From Candidatus Aenigmatarchaeota archaeon (GTDB lineage Archaea > Aenigmatarchaeota > Aenigmatarchaeia > CG10238-14 > SpSt-28), in assembly GCA_039000985.1 (NCBI GenBank), contig JAWBMD010000003.1:1-64000 (forward strand): a stretch of 64,000 nucleotides of DNA, written 5' to 3'. Numbering within the stretch: position 1 is the first letter of the stretch; the number at the start of each line of letters is the position of its first letter. Of this stretch, positions 11,487-22,198 are shown piece by piece. A program made the position numbers and the translations under genes. The notes beneath the pieces are model-generated. The model was not told the DNA's origin, made no database searches, and saw nothing but the letters and a program-made list of their open reading frames with translations.

Positions 11487-11675
11487 ATGACAAAAGGTAC
11501 TCCATCAATGGGAAAAAGAATAGGAACAAAACATATAAGATGTAGAAGATGTGGAAAGCATAGTTACCATGTAAGAAAAAAGGTATGTTCACATTGTGGA
11601 TTTGGAGAGGGCAGTAAAATAAGAAAATATAATTGGCATACAAAGCATTGGACTGGAAAATTTAGAACTATATAA
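11487..11675 (+). CDS. rpl37e: 50S ribosomal protein L37e
   Basis: [23 protein letters not shown]. Confidence 0.97.
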   Translation: MTKGTPSMGKRIGTKHIRCRRCGKHSYHVRKKVCSHCGFGEGSKIRKYNWHTKHWTGKFRTI

Positions 11676-11676
11676 T

Positions 11677-11805
11677 GGGCCCGTAGCTCAGCATGGTAGA
11701 GCGGCTGAGGCTTTTGCCGCCGATGCTTTTAAGCTGCTGGGCTAAAAGCTTTGATATGTGAAAGAAGAAACCAGTAGGTCGCGGGTTCAAATCCCGCCGG
11801 GCCCA
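11677..11805 (+). tRNA. tRNA-Lys(UUU) with two introns: 11708-11724 (position 30/31) and 11732-11769 (37/38)
   Basis: Acceptor GGGCCCG/CGGGCCC, D and T arms; removing both inserts gives GCTGG-CTTTTAA-CCAGT; intron 1 forms a full BHB (CGGC/GCCG). Confidence 0.9.
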
Positions 11806-12048
11806 TGCACTTTAAATATTTAAAGCTTTCTTACTCATCCTTAACGGAATTTCTAACGACAAATTCTAGGAATTTAACGGAATTCCCCACCAACCTACCT
11901 TCTCTAAAGCTTAAAGCAGGAGAAGGTTAGCTTCTGGTTTGATGGAAAATTGATAGATTACTTAGTACTAAGAAGAAAGATTGATTGAACTTTAAATTTA
12001 ACTTTCAATATGAAAGAAACTTTGCTATATTATTATTAATACTACTAT

Positions 12049-12561
12049 CTACTCCTTTAATACAATTAAATTTGACATTCCTCTTCTCCTTCTTTCTATT
12101 AAACCCCTAATTTCTAACCTATCAAGAATTCTACTTATTTTGACTTTTGAAAACCCAGTTTTCGAAATAAGATCGCCTTGAAAAATTGATCCACCAGCTT
12201 CTATAACTAATTCGTAAATCTTCCTTTCATCACCTTGTAAAGTTTTAGATATATGCTTAAACTTTGTTAGTTCTCTATTTGTTATTTGAACATGCTTTAT
12301 CATTAACATCAAATATAAACTTACTATAATTAAAATAGACGAAAAAAACAATCCAATTACAGATTCTATGGGTAAAACTCCCCTTTTAATCGGGCAAATT
12401 TCTGGTTCTAATGGACATTGTTTATGCAACTCTTCTCCATATTTCAGAACAGTTTGTGTCAATGAAAAAATAACAAAGATTAAACCTATAGCAATTCCAG
12501 CAATTATTATTCCAACAATTTTCAAATTACCATAATTTCTCTGCATAAATTTAGATAGCAT
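12049..12561 (-). CDS. membrane-anchored winged-helix transcriptional regulator (COG2512-like)
   Basis: two TM segments with a CP...CP loop, then GSIFQGDL...FSKVKISRILDRLE.RGLIERRRRG.SN. Confidence 0.8.
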   Translation of the reverse strand: MLSKFMQRNYGNLKIVGIIIAGIAIGLIFVIFSLTQTVLKYGEELHKQCPLEPEICPIKRGVLPIESVIGLFFSSILIIVSLYLMLMIKHVQITNRELTKFKHISKTLQGDERKIYELVIEAGGSIFQGDLISKTGFSKVKISRILDRLEIRGLIERRRRGMSNLIVLKE

Positions 12562-12691
12562 ATTTAGTTATTTCTAAGTTACAACTTTTATATTTTTTAC
12601 ACCATTCTTCACACTTTTCAGCCCAATGCCTTTCCTTGTATTTTAGTTTACATTCTTCGCAAACATAAAATTCATTTATTTTCTTTACCAT
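12551..12691 (-). CDS. small Cys-rich protein, 46 aa (not in ORF track)
   Basis: MVKKINEFYVCEECKLKYKERHWAEKCEEWCKKYKSCNLEITKYAI; overlaps both neighbours as expected in an operon. Confidence 0.7.
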   Translation of the reverse strand: MVKKINEFYVCEECKLKYKERHWAEKCEEWCKKYKSCNLEITKYAI

Positions 12692-13167
12692 ACTTTCTAC
12701 CTAATTCTTCATACCTTTCATATACACCTTTTCCAGTTTTTTCTTCAATTTTTTCAAATTCTTCTTTATCTTTTTTGTTCAAAACAGGATCAACTAGTGG
12801 GTATAAGATATTATTCTTTTTATCTATATGTTCTCTAAATAAAACAACAAAATCCTCCGCACTTTCTCTGAATTTTTTAAACTCTGCTTCTAACATAAAT
12901 AATTTTCTCAATTAATAACATAACTACTATTTGTCCGCCTTCTTTTGGAATTCCTTCCACTTCAGCTAATGGAAATAATGATTTTTCATCTTTCACATGA
13001 TGACATTTATCTGCAAATTGGCTAAAGAACTCTAAAAGCTTTTTTACATCAGAATGTAGAACTTTATTTGGACTAAGCTTACTGAAAGATTCTAGGATCT
13101 TTAATCCTTCTATGATTACCCCATATTCTTCTTTTAATATCTCTGTCGGGTTTTCTACTTTCTCCAT
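12672..13167 (-). pseudogene. hemerythrin/HHE domain protein, split and degraded
   Basis: N-half (FADKCHH..EK.LFP, GIPKEGG) and C-half (REHIDK.NNILYP) lie in different frames; several expected His/Glu ligands altered. Confidence 0.75.
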
Positions 13168-13642
13168 TTTTTATGCTTTTACTTAACCAATATAAACTTA
13201 ATAATAAAAGCGACAAACTTAATATTCTTAAAAAAGGAAAATAAGGTGCCAAAAACTCTAGGGTTATATAAGTTCCTATCAGTGCTAAAAGAAGAATTGG
13301 ACAGGAAGGACATATGCTAGTCAAAAATCCTGCTAAGATTCCACCTGAAAGTGTGCAAACTCCTTTAACACTTTTTTTCGAGTACCAGTAAAGTGCAATA
13401 GTAATACCGGATATCAAAGAAAAAACAACCATATAAATAATGTCAAATATTGTAATCGAGACTATTCTTATACTTTCGACATTAAATATCGGAATTGTTA
13501 TCAGACCCATCGAAAAAGAATATAGGAAAAGAATTATAGCAGTGAAAAAAGTTGTTATTAAAATGTATCTTTTTTCACTAAATACCGACTTCAATTTTTT
13601 CACAAATTTTATTTCTTTCAATATTTCAATTGGATTTTTCAT
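13079..13642 (-). CDS. membrane protein with CPSC motif (metal-homeostasis associated)
   Basis: four hydrophobic segments, GVCT..GILAG.LTSICPSC; directly downstream of copA. Confidence 0.65.
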   Translation of the reverse strand: MKNPIEILKEIKFVKKLKSVFSEKRYILITTFFTAIILFLYSFSMGLITIPIFNVESIRIVSITIFDIIYMVVFSLISGITIALYWYSKKSVKGVCTLSGGILAGFLTSICPSCPILLLALIGTYITLEFLAPYFPFLRILSLSLLLLSLYWLSKSIKNGESRKPDRDIKRRIWGNHRRIKDPRIFQ

Positions 13643-13674
13643 AATTTCTTTTTACGTTATAGAAATAAGTAAGT

Positions 13675-15846
13675 TTAAATAGAAGGTTTAAAATTTTTGA
13701 GTAACAAGGAATTTCCAACTACTGAAATATCGCTTAACATCATAGCGATAGCAGAAATTGTAGGGGTAACTAAAATCCCAAAGAAAGGATACAAAAAACC
13801 AGCTGCTATAGGAATTGCGGAAACGTTATAAATAAATGCCCAAAAAAGATTTTGTTTAATTTTATTCACAGTCTTTTCGCTTAACTCTATCGCAGAAACA
13901 ACATCTCTTAAATCATCTTTTATTAAAACAATATCTCCAGCAGATTTTGCTATGTCAGTACCAGAACCAATTGCTATTCCTATATCGCTTTGAGTTAAAG
14001 CTGGTGCATCGTTAATTCCGTCTCCAACCATTATAACAGTCTTTCCATTCTTCTGTAATCTTTTAATTTCTTTTACCTTGTCTTGCGGCAACACTTCCGC
14101 CAAAACTTTTTCTATTCCGAGCTCCTTAGCTATAGAATTTGCAACTTTTTTGTTGTCTCCAGTTAGCATAATTACTTCTAATCCACTTTCCTTAAGTTTT
14201 TGTATTGCTTCCTTAGAAAATTCTTTCAAAGTATCTGCTACTCCTATTACACCAACAGCTTTTTTGTTTAAAGAAACGATTATGGTTGTAATTCCATTTT
14301 CTTGTAAAGATGAAATTTCTTCTTCAAATTCTTTTACGTTAATCTTATAATCGTTCATAAGAGTTAAATTTCCAACTAAAATTTCTCTATTTCTTTGTTT
14401 TGCTATAACCCCCTTTCCAGGTATAACTTCAAACCTTTCTGGATTAGAAACTTTAATTTTTTTCTTTTTAACTTCATCAATGATAGCTCGAGCTATGGGA
14501 TGCTCAGAGTTTTTTTCTGCAATGGCAGCTAGCTCCAAAGCCTTTTCGTTAATTATTTTAACAACTTCTGGTTTACCTTTAGTTAAAGTTCCAGTCTTAT
14601 CAAGAACGATTGTATCAGCTTTATGTATCACTTCTAATTTTCCCGCATCCCTTATTAGAATGCCAAGCTTGGCCCCGTTTCCCATCCCAACCATCAAGGC
14701 TGTGGGAGTTGCCAAGCCTAAAGCACAGGGGCAAGCTATAACTAAGACAGAAACAGCTGCAGTTAATGCAAAAAGAAAACTTGAACCTAAGACAAAATAC
14801 CAAGCTGAAAATGTGATAAAGGAAATTGAAATAACCACGGGAACAAAATAACCGGTAACTTTATCAGCGATTTTTTGAATGGATGCTTTGGTAAGTAAAG
14901 CCTCATCAACGAGCTTAACTATTTGTGCTAGTAAAGTTTCTTTTCCAACTTTTTCCGCTTTTATTTTTAGTACACCAAACTTGTTTATGGTACCAGCAAT
15001 GACTTTATCCCCAGTTTTTTTATCAACAGGAATGCTTTCTCCAGTAATCATAGACTCATCAACACTAGAATAGCCTTCAATTACTTTCCCATCAACTGGC
15101 ACACTTTCTCCAGGTTTTACAATTAAGATATCGCCAACTTTAACCTCTTCCAATGGGATTTTAACTTCTCTACCATTTTTAATCAAGGTAGCTATTCTTG
15201 GCTTGAGTGAAATCAACTTTTTTATTGCTTCCCCTGCTTTCTTTCTTGTTAGGCTTTCTAAGAAATGACCAAAGTAAATAGTTGTTAGAACAGTAGTAGA
15301 AGCTTCGTAGAACACTTCTCCCTTAAACAAAAAGGTTGCAAACACGGAATAAAAATAAGAAACAGAAGTACTTAGTGCAACTAAAACATCCATGTTTGCG
15401 GTTTTGCCTTTTAAGGAAAACCAAGCACCTTTGTAAAATTTATAGCCAACTAAAACTTGAACAGGAGTAGCTAAAAGAAATAGAAGTAAGTTTTTTTCAG
15501 GCGAATAATAAAAGGTCGTAATAAAAAATACTGGTAATGTAAAAATCAATCCTATGAAGAAAACTATAAGTTGCTTCTTTATTTCGAATTTTTCTCTTCC
15601 TTCCTCCAAAATCTCTTCTTTTTCAGAAACGTATGCTTCATAGCATAGCTTTTTAACTATTTTTTTAATTTTTCCCTCGTCAATTTCATTAGGGTTGTAC
15701 AATACAACAGCTTTCTTTGTCGCAAAACTTACAGAAGCCTTAGTTACACCTTTTAGTTTGGATAGTCCTTTCTCTATAGTAGTCGCACAGCTAGCACAGT
15801 GCATTCCTCCTATTTCCAAAACAATCTTTCTTTCATTTCCCTTCAC
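13675..15846 (-). CDS. copA: Cu(I)-translocating P1B-type ATPase
   Basis: GMHCASC HMA, TGES, CPCALGLA, DKTGTLT, HP, GDGINDAP, YN. Confidence 0.95.
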   Translation of the reverse strand: MKGNERKIVLEIGGMHCASCATTIEKGLSKLKGVTKASVSFATKKAVVLYNPNEIDEGKIKKIVKKLCYEAYVSEKEEILEEGREKFEIKKQLIVFFIGLIFTLPVFFITTFYYSPEKNLLLFLLATPVQVLVGYKFYKGAWFSLKGKTANMDVLVALSTSVSYFYSVFATFLFKGEVFYEASTTVLTTIYFGHFLESLTRKKAGEAIKKLISLKPRIATLIKNGREVKIPLEEVKVGDILIVKPGESVPVDGKVIEGYSSVDESMITGESIPVDKKTGDKVIAGTINKFGVLKIKAEKVGKETLLAQIVKLVDEALLTKASIQKIADKVTGYFVPVVISISFITFSAWYFVLGSSFLFALTAAVSVLVIACPCALGLATPTALMVGMGNGAKLGILIRDAGKLEVIHKADTIVLDKTGTLTKGKPEVVKIINEKALELAAIAEKNSEHPIARAIIDEVKKKKIKVSNPERFEVIPGKGVIAKQRNREILVGNLTLMNDYKINVKEFEEEISSLQENGITTIIVSLNKKAVGVIGVADTLKEFSKEAIQKLKESGLEVIMLTGDNKKVANSIAKELGIEKVLAEVLPQDKVKEIKRLQKNGKTVIMVGDGINDAPALTQSDIGIAIGSGTDIAKSAGDIVLIKDDLRDVVSAIELSEKTVNKIKQNLFWAFIYNVSAIPIAAGFLYPFFGILVTPTISAIAMMLSDISVVGNSLLLKNFKPSI

Positions 15847-16620
15847 TTGAGTTTATTACTATTGCCACATGAACAACTGCTACCTGAACCTTTACTTTCA
15901 GGAGAGTTTTTTTGTTGATTTGTTACCTCATTGGAAGTTTCGTCTGTAATGGCAGCTTTATACGTATTGAACACGTCTAAGGAAAGTATCTGTTGTTTTG
16001 ATGTTCTTGTTGGAATATAGCTAACATCAAATAAATTTGGGAACCTAAATTTTACACTAATAACACCATCAATTTTTTTGAGTTCTTCTGTTATTAATGG
16101 GGCATGACCTGGGCATGGGATATTAACCTGTAGTGTTATTGACGATTCAGCTCCAGCAAAAGATCCTGTTATCAACGATCCAGAATTTAAGTTTGCTACA
16201 ATCGGAAATATCAGCATGAATAACAATAAGTTTGTAAAAACTGTCGTTCAATATAATGTTGAAAGATATTTCCATTTCCTTTTAATACCTTCTAATGAAA
16301 AGCTTATTTCCGTTCCATTTGCCATTTTCTGGCAGACATATATGCCTTGCTTTTTAAGGTAAACAAACGCAGAAATTGTAGCAAAAACCAAAGATAGTGC
16401 TATGAGTATGTGAACGAAATAAGGATTTAACAAAAGTGGTCTGAAGAATGCTGTAGCTGCTGTTACACCTAAGATTGTGAATAGTATGAAAGCTATACAT
16501 CCTATGTTATGTGTGGTAATATTCTGTATAACAGTCCAGACCAAATGCCTTTCTTTTCTTCCTTTCTTGTTTTTACTTGTTTTTACAACAACTTTTCTTT
16601 TGATTGCTGGATTTTTCCAT
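15843..16620 (-). pseudogene. membrane protein plus HMA-like (CPGH) domain, disrupted
   Basis: ATG at 16620; early TAA; 5-nt duplication (16503-16512) breaks LPHIGCIAF; in-frame TGA at 16248-16250 in YLSTLY*TTVFTNLLLFML links the two ORF-track pieces. Confidence 0.7.
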
Positions 16621-16658
16621 AATAAAATGTAGAAAGAAACAGCTTATAAAAGTAATGA

Positions 16659-16672
16659 TGAAACTAGTTTCA
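16659..16672. promoter_or_regulatory. 14-bp perfect palindrome TGAAACTAGTTTCA upstream of the copper operon TATA box
   Basis: perfect dyad immediately upstream of a TTTTATAA element (16644-16651, minus strand) about 25 nt before ATG 16620. Confidence 0.5.
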
Positions 16673-17488
16673 CTAGCGGGTTTCTGAATTACGAATCTCT
16701 TAAAAAATCTGTCAAAAATTTTGTTTTGTGTGCATTAATGGTAAACTTAATGATCTCTTGAGCAGTTTGGCAATTTATCAGCTAGGCAAAAAATCGAGCA
16801 AACGGCAAACCGAAAAATGGGTCCTATTCTTGATTAAAGTATTAGATGGGAAAAAAGAGAAAAATTAAACCAGAATAGTTGACAAATCCTCGGTTTTTAT
16901 CATTGTTATTTTGTGTGTATTAATGAATTTTCAAAAAAGTTTTCAAAGAGGAAAAATGTCAACCACCAAATGTAAATTAAGCAAGGTATTTTTCAATCTC
17001 TAGAGTTCCAACAATTTTGGCAATCTCAATCATAACTTCTTTTCTTAATCCTTTATCAATCTACTTTTGAGCAAGGATCTTAAACTCACGATAATAATCT
17101 ACAACCCACTTCCAAACGCTTGGATGAAATTTCTTTTTAACAAACATTAGTAACCAGCATTCTAGTCAGATAATGTTCCAAACTTTGCTAAAACATTTCT
17201 TACCTGCTTTTGTAAAGTATTAATTCGACTTGAGCTATAACTTGAATTCCAAAGCAACAAAATTCAACTTAGCTTTATACTCGGCAATAGCTTGGTTAGG
17301 CCATTCTGGTTCTTCTGGCATTCAACTCATTTTTTCAACCTCAGTATTACCACAAATGTTATATATTTCAGCTTCTTCGCTAAAAATTGCTTTACAGTTT
17401 AGACATTTCTTCATATGCTTAGTTTTTAATGGCAAATAATTTAAAAATTTATTTCCCGTTAGAATTACCGTTAATAAATTAAAGCAAA

Positions 17489-17806
17489 TTAAGGTCTATG
17501 CTTTTTTTCGGTTATTTTACTCCATTCATTCCATGTTACAGGAGAACAAGTGAAATTGATTATTTTACCATCAGGACAAGCCTTCTTAGCTTCATTCAAG
17601 CAATTGTTTTTTGTTTCTTCAATTGTATTACCTCCAATAGCTGCATTGTTAACTACATCTCTTGTTGTTTTCCATTTCTTACCTTCGTATTCCCCACTTT
17701 CATAGCAACTTGCTAAGCAAGCGCAAACATACTTAGGAGGATTATAACCTACACATCCAGATAGAAAAATTATTGGTATTATCAGTAAAGTTAAAATCTC
17801 TTTCAT
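17489..17806 (-). CDS. Cys-rich putative lipoprotein
   Basis: signal peptide with lipobox FLSGC; multiple Cys. Confidence 0.65.
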   Translation of the reverse strand: MKEILTLLIIPIIFLSGCVGYNPPKYVCACLASCYESGEYEGKKWKTTRDVVNNAAIGGNTIEETKNNCLNEAKKACPDGKIINFTCSPVTWNEWSKITEKKHRP

Positions 17807-18039
17807 AATTAATTTTTTTTGCTTGTATTTAAATATTATGTTAAAACATAATTATTCTAATTATTAGAAAATTGGCTATAGATCAAGGTAGATCTGCTTC
17901 CGAGTTTTTAGAAGAGTTAATGAGGAAAATAGTTTAATGATAATTTTAACGTAAGGAAAATCTTATGAATAACCTCTTACAAAATACTTAACATAAGTTT
18001 TGAAATTCGTTCTGGAGAAGGTAAGGTAGCAGGAGGTTC

Positions 18040-18243
18040 AAGATGTTTTACTTGAATGTATTGAAGCATGTATCGATATATCAAATCATATAAGGAGACC
18101 AACTAGTTGTAGTGATTAAAAATCTTTCTAAACGTTTACAAGAAATAGCAAAATTTAGAAATGTGGTTGTTCAATATGTCTTGGTAAATAAAGTTAAGCT
18201 CTTTAAAATAGTTAAGGAAAGTACAAAAGATATAAAATATTAA
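18040..18243 (+). pseudogene. HepT/DUF86 (HEPN) toxin remnant
   Basis: fragments LLECIEACIDISNHI and LSKRLQEIAKFRNVVVQY (degenerate R-x4-H) in different frames. Confidence 0.6.
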
Positions 18244-18305
18244 AGCTTTTTTGTTTGAATTATACTAATATTTGAGCAAGCAAGTAAGAAGCTTTAGATA
18301 AAATT

Positions 18306-20327
18306 TTAGAGTGTCTTTTCAATAGCTTCCTTTATAATTTCATAAGCTTTTTTAGCTTCTTCTACGGCAACTTCACTTTCAAGTGTTGATACATCTCCCA
18401 ATGGTTTTCCTTCTGCAACAGCTCTTAACAATCTACGCATTATTTTTCCACTTCTAGTTTTTGGTAATACATTAACAAAAGTTATTATTGCATCACTTGC
18501 AACTATAGGACCAATTGTTGTTCTAAGATGTTTTTTTAGTTCTTCTCTAAGATTTTCACTAGCTGAATAACCTTCTTTTAATGTAACATAAATTAATGGA
18601 ATTTCTCCTTTTATTGGGTCGTTTTTACCAACGCAAGCAGATTCAGCAACAGCAGGATGTTTATTCATAGCCGATTCTACTTCTGCTGTTCCTATTCTAT
18701 GTCCAGCAACTTTAAGAACATCATCTGCTCTACCAATAACCCAAATCCAGTTATCATTATCAATAGTTGCAAAATCACCAGTATAAAACCACCAACCTTT
18801 ATGTTTATATTTTTCAAAGTATGTACTCAAAAATCTGTTTGGATCTTTCCATAATGTCATGAGTATTCCTGGCCATGGAGATGTAATAATAAGATATCCT
18901 TTTTGTCCAGTCATTACAGGATTTCCTTCTTCATCAACAACACTAAAAGTTATACCAGGAAAAATTGGACCATTTGTACCTGGCTTGAGAGGTAGAATTT
19001 TACCTCTACCTGGGCAGTGACCAGTTAATATACCACCAGTTTCTGTCATCCACCATGTGCTAGAGCTACATGTCTTTTCTCTTCCAAAAACTTTGAAATA
19101 CCATTTCCAAGCTTCTGGATTTATAGGTTCTCCAACACTATGAGCTATTCTAAGTGTAGATGTATCATGTTTTAAATATATTTCCTCAGGAAATCTCATT
19201 AACATTCTTATAGCAGTTGGGGCTGTGTAAAATATTGTTACTCCATATCTTTCTATAATTGCAGCCCATCTATCAATGCTTGGATAATCTGGAGCACCTT
19301 CATAAATTATTATAGTAGCTCCATGCATGAGTGGACCATAAACTATGTGACTATGTCCTGTAATCCATCCTATATCTGCTGTGGACCAGTAAATATCTGA
19401 ATCATTTATATCAAAAATCATTTTAGTTGTTGCAAAAAGATAAACAGCATAACCTCCAACACTATGTTGAGTTCCTTTTGGTTTTCCAGTTGTTCCAGAA
19501 GTATAAAGAATAAAGCTATAATCATCGCTTCCCATTGGTTCACATGGTACAAAAGTATTCATTGGAATATTTGCAATTAATTCATGATACCATAAATCTC
19601 TTTCTTTATTCCAAGGAACTTCTATTCCAAGTCTTTTAATAACTATAACCTTTTCAATTTTATGTCCTTGAGCTTCACATATTTTTACTGCTTCATCAAC
19701 AGTTGCTTTTAAATTAATTTGCTTTCCTCTTCTCCACATTCCATCAGTTGCTACTATTATTTTTGCTCCCGCATCAATTATTCTCGTAGCAAGAGCTTCT
19801 GCACTAAAGCCACTAAAAACAATACTATGTGCAACACCAATCCTTTGAACAGCAAGCATGAACAAGATTAATTCTGGAATCATTGGAAGATAAAATGTTA
19901 TGATTTCTCCCTTTTTAATACCAAATTTTTCTTTAAGAGTAAAAGCAATTCTATTTGTTTCCCTCCAAATGTCATAATATGTTAACTTTCTAACTTCTTT
20001 TGGTTCTCCTTTTTCATCAACAGGTTCTCCTTCCCATATTATTGCAACTTTGTTCTTTCTACCCTTTTCTATTTGCCAATCTGTACAAAGATAAGCTAGA
20101 TTTGTTTCACCACCAACAAACCATCTAAAAAAAGGTGGATTCGTATCATCTAAAACCTTATTCCACTTTTTAAACCAATGAATTTGATTTGCCCAATATT
20201 CCCACCATTTTTCCATAGATTCTTTATCTTTTATAGTTGAGAAATAAAATTTTTTCCATTCATCTAAGCTTTCAATTTTATTTTCCCAACCTTTTGGAAT
20301 CATATATGTTTTGAATTCATCTATCAT
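18306..20327 (-). CDS. acs: AMP-forming acetyl-CoA synthetase
   Basis: LYTSGTTGKPKG, SVGEPINPEAW, WWMTETGG, GRADD, LPKTRSGKIMRR. Confidence 0.96.
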   Translation of the reverse strand: MIDEFKTYMIPKGWENKIESLDEWKKFYFSTIKDKESMEKWWEYWANQIHWFKKWNKVLDDTNPPFFRWFVGGETNLAYLCTDWQIEKGRKNKVAIIWEGEPVDEKGEPKEVRKLTYYDIWRETNRIAFTLKEKFGIKKGEIITFYLPMIPELILFMLAVQRIGVAHSIVFSGFSAEALATRIIDAGAKIIVATDGMWRRGKQINLKATVDEAVKICEAQGHKIEKVIVIKRLGIEVPWNKERDLWYHELIANIPMNTFVPCEPMGSDDYSFILYTSGTTGKPKGTQHSVGGYAVYLFATTKMIFDINDSDIYWSTADIGWITGHSHIVYGPLMHGATIIIYEGAPDYPSIDRWAAIIERYGVTIFYTAPTAIRMLMRFPEEIYLKHDTSTLRIAHSVGEPINPEAWKWYFKVFGREKTCSSSTWWMTETGGILTGHCPGRGKILPLKPGTNGPIFPGITFSVVDEEGNPVMTGQKGYLIITSPWPGILMTLWKDPNRFLSTYFEKYKHKGWWFYTGDFATIDNDNWIWVIGRADDVLKVAGHRIGTAEVESAMNKHPAVAESACVGKNDPIKGEIPLIYVTLKEGYSASENLREELKKHLRTTIGPIVASDAIITFVNVLPKTRSGKIMRRLLRAVAEGKPLGDVSTLESEVAVEEAKKAYEIIKEAIEKTL

Positions 20328-20363
20328 CTGAATTAATATATTGTTTTGCTTAATTTATTTCAT

Positions 20364-21038
20364 ATGAAAAATATAATTGAGCTTGAAAATGTTACTAAAA
20401 TATATCAACTTGGATTAACACAAGTTGTTGCACTCAATAAAATAAATTTAAAAATAAAAAGGAATGAGCTTGTTTCAATAATGGGTCCTTCTGGCTCTGG
20501 TAAGTCAACTCTTTTACATTTAATTGGTGCTTTAGATAAACCAACTTATGGTAAAGTGTATATAGATGGAATAGATTTATCTAATCTAACAGATGATGAA
20601 ATGTCAAAAATAAGATTAGAAAAAATTGGCTTCGTTTTTCAATTTTTTAATCTTTACCCAACACTTACAGCATTAGAAAATATAGAGTTACCAATGATTA
20701 TAGGGGAAAGAAATAAAAAAGAAAGAAGAAAAAGAGCTATTGAGTTACTTGAATCTGTTGGATTAAAAAATAAAGCGAATCATTATCCATCTCAATTATC
20801 CGGTGGTGAAAGACAAAGAGTTGCAATAGCTAGAGCTTTAGCAAATGATCCACCTATAATTCTTGCGGATGAACCAACAGGAAACTTAGATTCTAAAAGT
20901 GGTGAAGAAATAATAAAACTGTTAAGTAATTTACATGAAAACAATGAAAAAACAATTGTTTTAGTTACACATAACAAAAATATTGCTAAATATTCAGAAC
21001 GTATAATTTATTTAAAAGATGGTAAAATAGAGGTATGA
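20364..21038 (+). CDS. ABC transporter ATP-binding protein (LolD/MacB-like)
   Basis: [36 protein letters not shown] 20364 preferred. Confidence 0.93.
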   Translation: MKNIIELENVTKIYQLGLTQVVALNKINLKIKRNELVSIMGPSGSGKSTLLHLIGALDKPTYGKVYIDGIDLSNLTDDEMSKIRLEKIGFVFQFFNLYPTLTALENIELPMIIGERNKKERRKRAIELLESVGLKNKANHYPSQLSGGERQRVAIARALANDPPIILADEPTGNLDSKSGEEIIKLLSNLHENNEKTIVLVTHNKNIAKYSERIIYLKDGKIEV

Positions 21039-22198
21039 AAAAATTATATTTGTTGTTTATATTGTTAGTAATTTCACAATCAATAGCTATTATTTCAGCA
21101 AGCAAATCTTTTGAAATTATATCAAAAGTAAATCCATCAATAATTTTTCCTGGTAATGAAGGTTATATCGAGTTTACATTATTAAATACAGGTACAGAAT
21201 CTATAAATAATATTGAAATAAAATCTTGGAAAGTAGATCCAGCTATATCTATTAAAACTCCTATTATGAAAGACCTAGGAAGCTTAGAAGCTGGAAGAAG
21301 TAAATCTTTTTTGGTTAAATTTTCAGTTTCACCAACCGCATCTTCTGGCTTTTATACTTCATCATTTACAATAGATGCTTGCTACGAAAATTTATGTAAA
21401 TCATATGTAGTACATGTATTAATAACAGTTCAATCACCCTCAACCATAGAAATATTATCAGTAGAGCCAAATTCAATAAAAATTGGTGAGGAAGCAACAT
21501 TTAATATTTCCATAATTAATGTTGCGGATAGTTCTCTAAACAATTTGCTTGTATCATGGCAATCTTTGAATAACCTAATAGTACCAATAGGTTCTGATAA
21601 TAATGTATTTATACAAAAAATTGAGCCATATGAAACTAAAAAACTTTCATGGAAAATTATGGCACATTCTACAGCTGCTCCAGGAATTGTTCCAATAACA
21701 ATAAAAATAACTTATGTTGATCAAATAGGAAATCAAAAAGAAATTGTTAGCAATTCAGGAATAATTATTGAAGGTAGCACAGATTTTGATATTAATATTG
21801 AAAGCATAACAGAAAATTCTGTAACACTAACTTTATCAAACATAGGACCAAATCATGCATACTCTGTAATACTTACTATTGATAATATAACAAAAGTTAT
21901 TGGTAACATTAATTCTGGAGATTATACAGCAATTGATTTAAAACCAAGAGAAATAGGTAAAAGTGCTTTAATTAAAATTTCCTATACAGATGCTCTTGGA
22001 GTAAGAAGAACAATAGAAAAACCAATAACATTAAAACTGCCAATTGAAAAAACTATTATTGAAAAATATCCTTCACAAAAATTTAGAGAAAGAGGAAGTA
22101 ATGTAACAATGAATTATATTTTAATTGGAATTCTCGGAATTGTTATATTGGTGCTAATTTTCAAGTTTGTTGTTTTTAGAAAAAAATCATCTAGATGA
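21035..22198 (+). CDS. COG1361 S-layer-domain-like protein
   Basis: signal peptide, repeated Ig-like beta domains, C-terminal TM; usual position between ABC ATPase and permease. Confidence 0.75.
   Translation: MKKLYLLFILLVISQSIAIISASKSFEIISKVNPSIIFPGNEGYIEFTLLNTGTESINNIEIKSWKVDPAISIKTPIMKDLGSLEAGRSKSFLVKFSVSPTASSGFYTSSFTIDACYENLCKSYVVHVLITVQSPSTIEILSVEPNSIKIGEEATFNISIINVADSSLNNLLVSWQSLNNLIVPIGSDNNVFIQKIEPYETKKLSWKIMAHSTAAPGIVPITIKITYVDQIGNQKEIVSNSGIIIEGSTDFDINIESITENSVTLTLSNIGPNHAYSVILTIDNITKVIGNINSGDYTAIDLKPREIGKSALIKISYTDALGVRRTIEKPITLKLPIEKTIIEKYPSQKFRERGSNVTMNYILIGILGIVILVLIFKFVVFRKKSSR

Noticed and set aside
11732..11769. A third nested intron in tRNA-Lys
   Set aside because: No clean BHB for an inner excision; the internal antisense segment fits the guide-D-box pattern shared with the Met and Arg introns
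11840..11932. Short repeats (TTAACGGAATT twice) and a hairpin ending GCAGGAGAAGGTTAG, resembling an IS200/IS605 right end or CRISPR remnant
   Set aside because: No tnpA/tnpB, only two short repeat copies, no regular spacers; the resemblance is too weak to call
16655..16687. ATGATGA...CTGA as another C/D sRNA
   Set aside because: Spacing is 22 nt, there is no C'/D' pair and I found no target; better explained by the overlapping palindromic operator
17230..17439. 69-aa plus-strand ORF
   Set aside because: Antisense to a degraded minus-strand coding remnant (MKKCLNCKA...) with several stops; neither can be assigned
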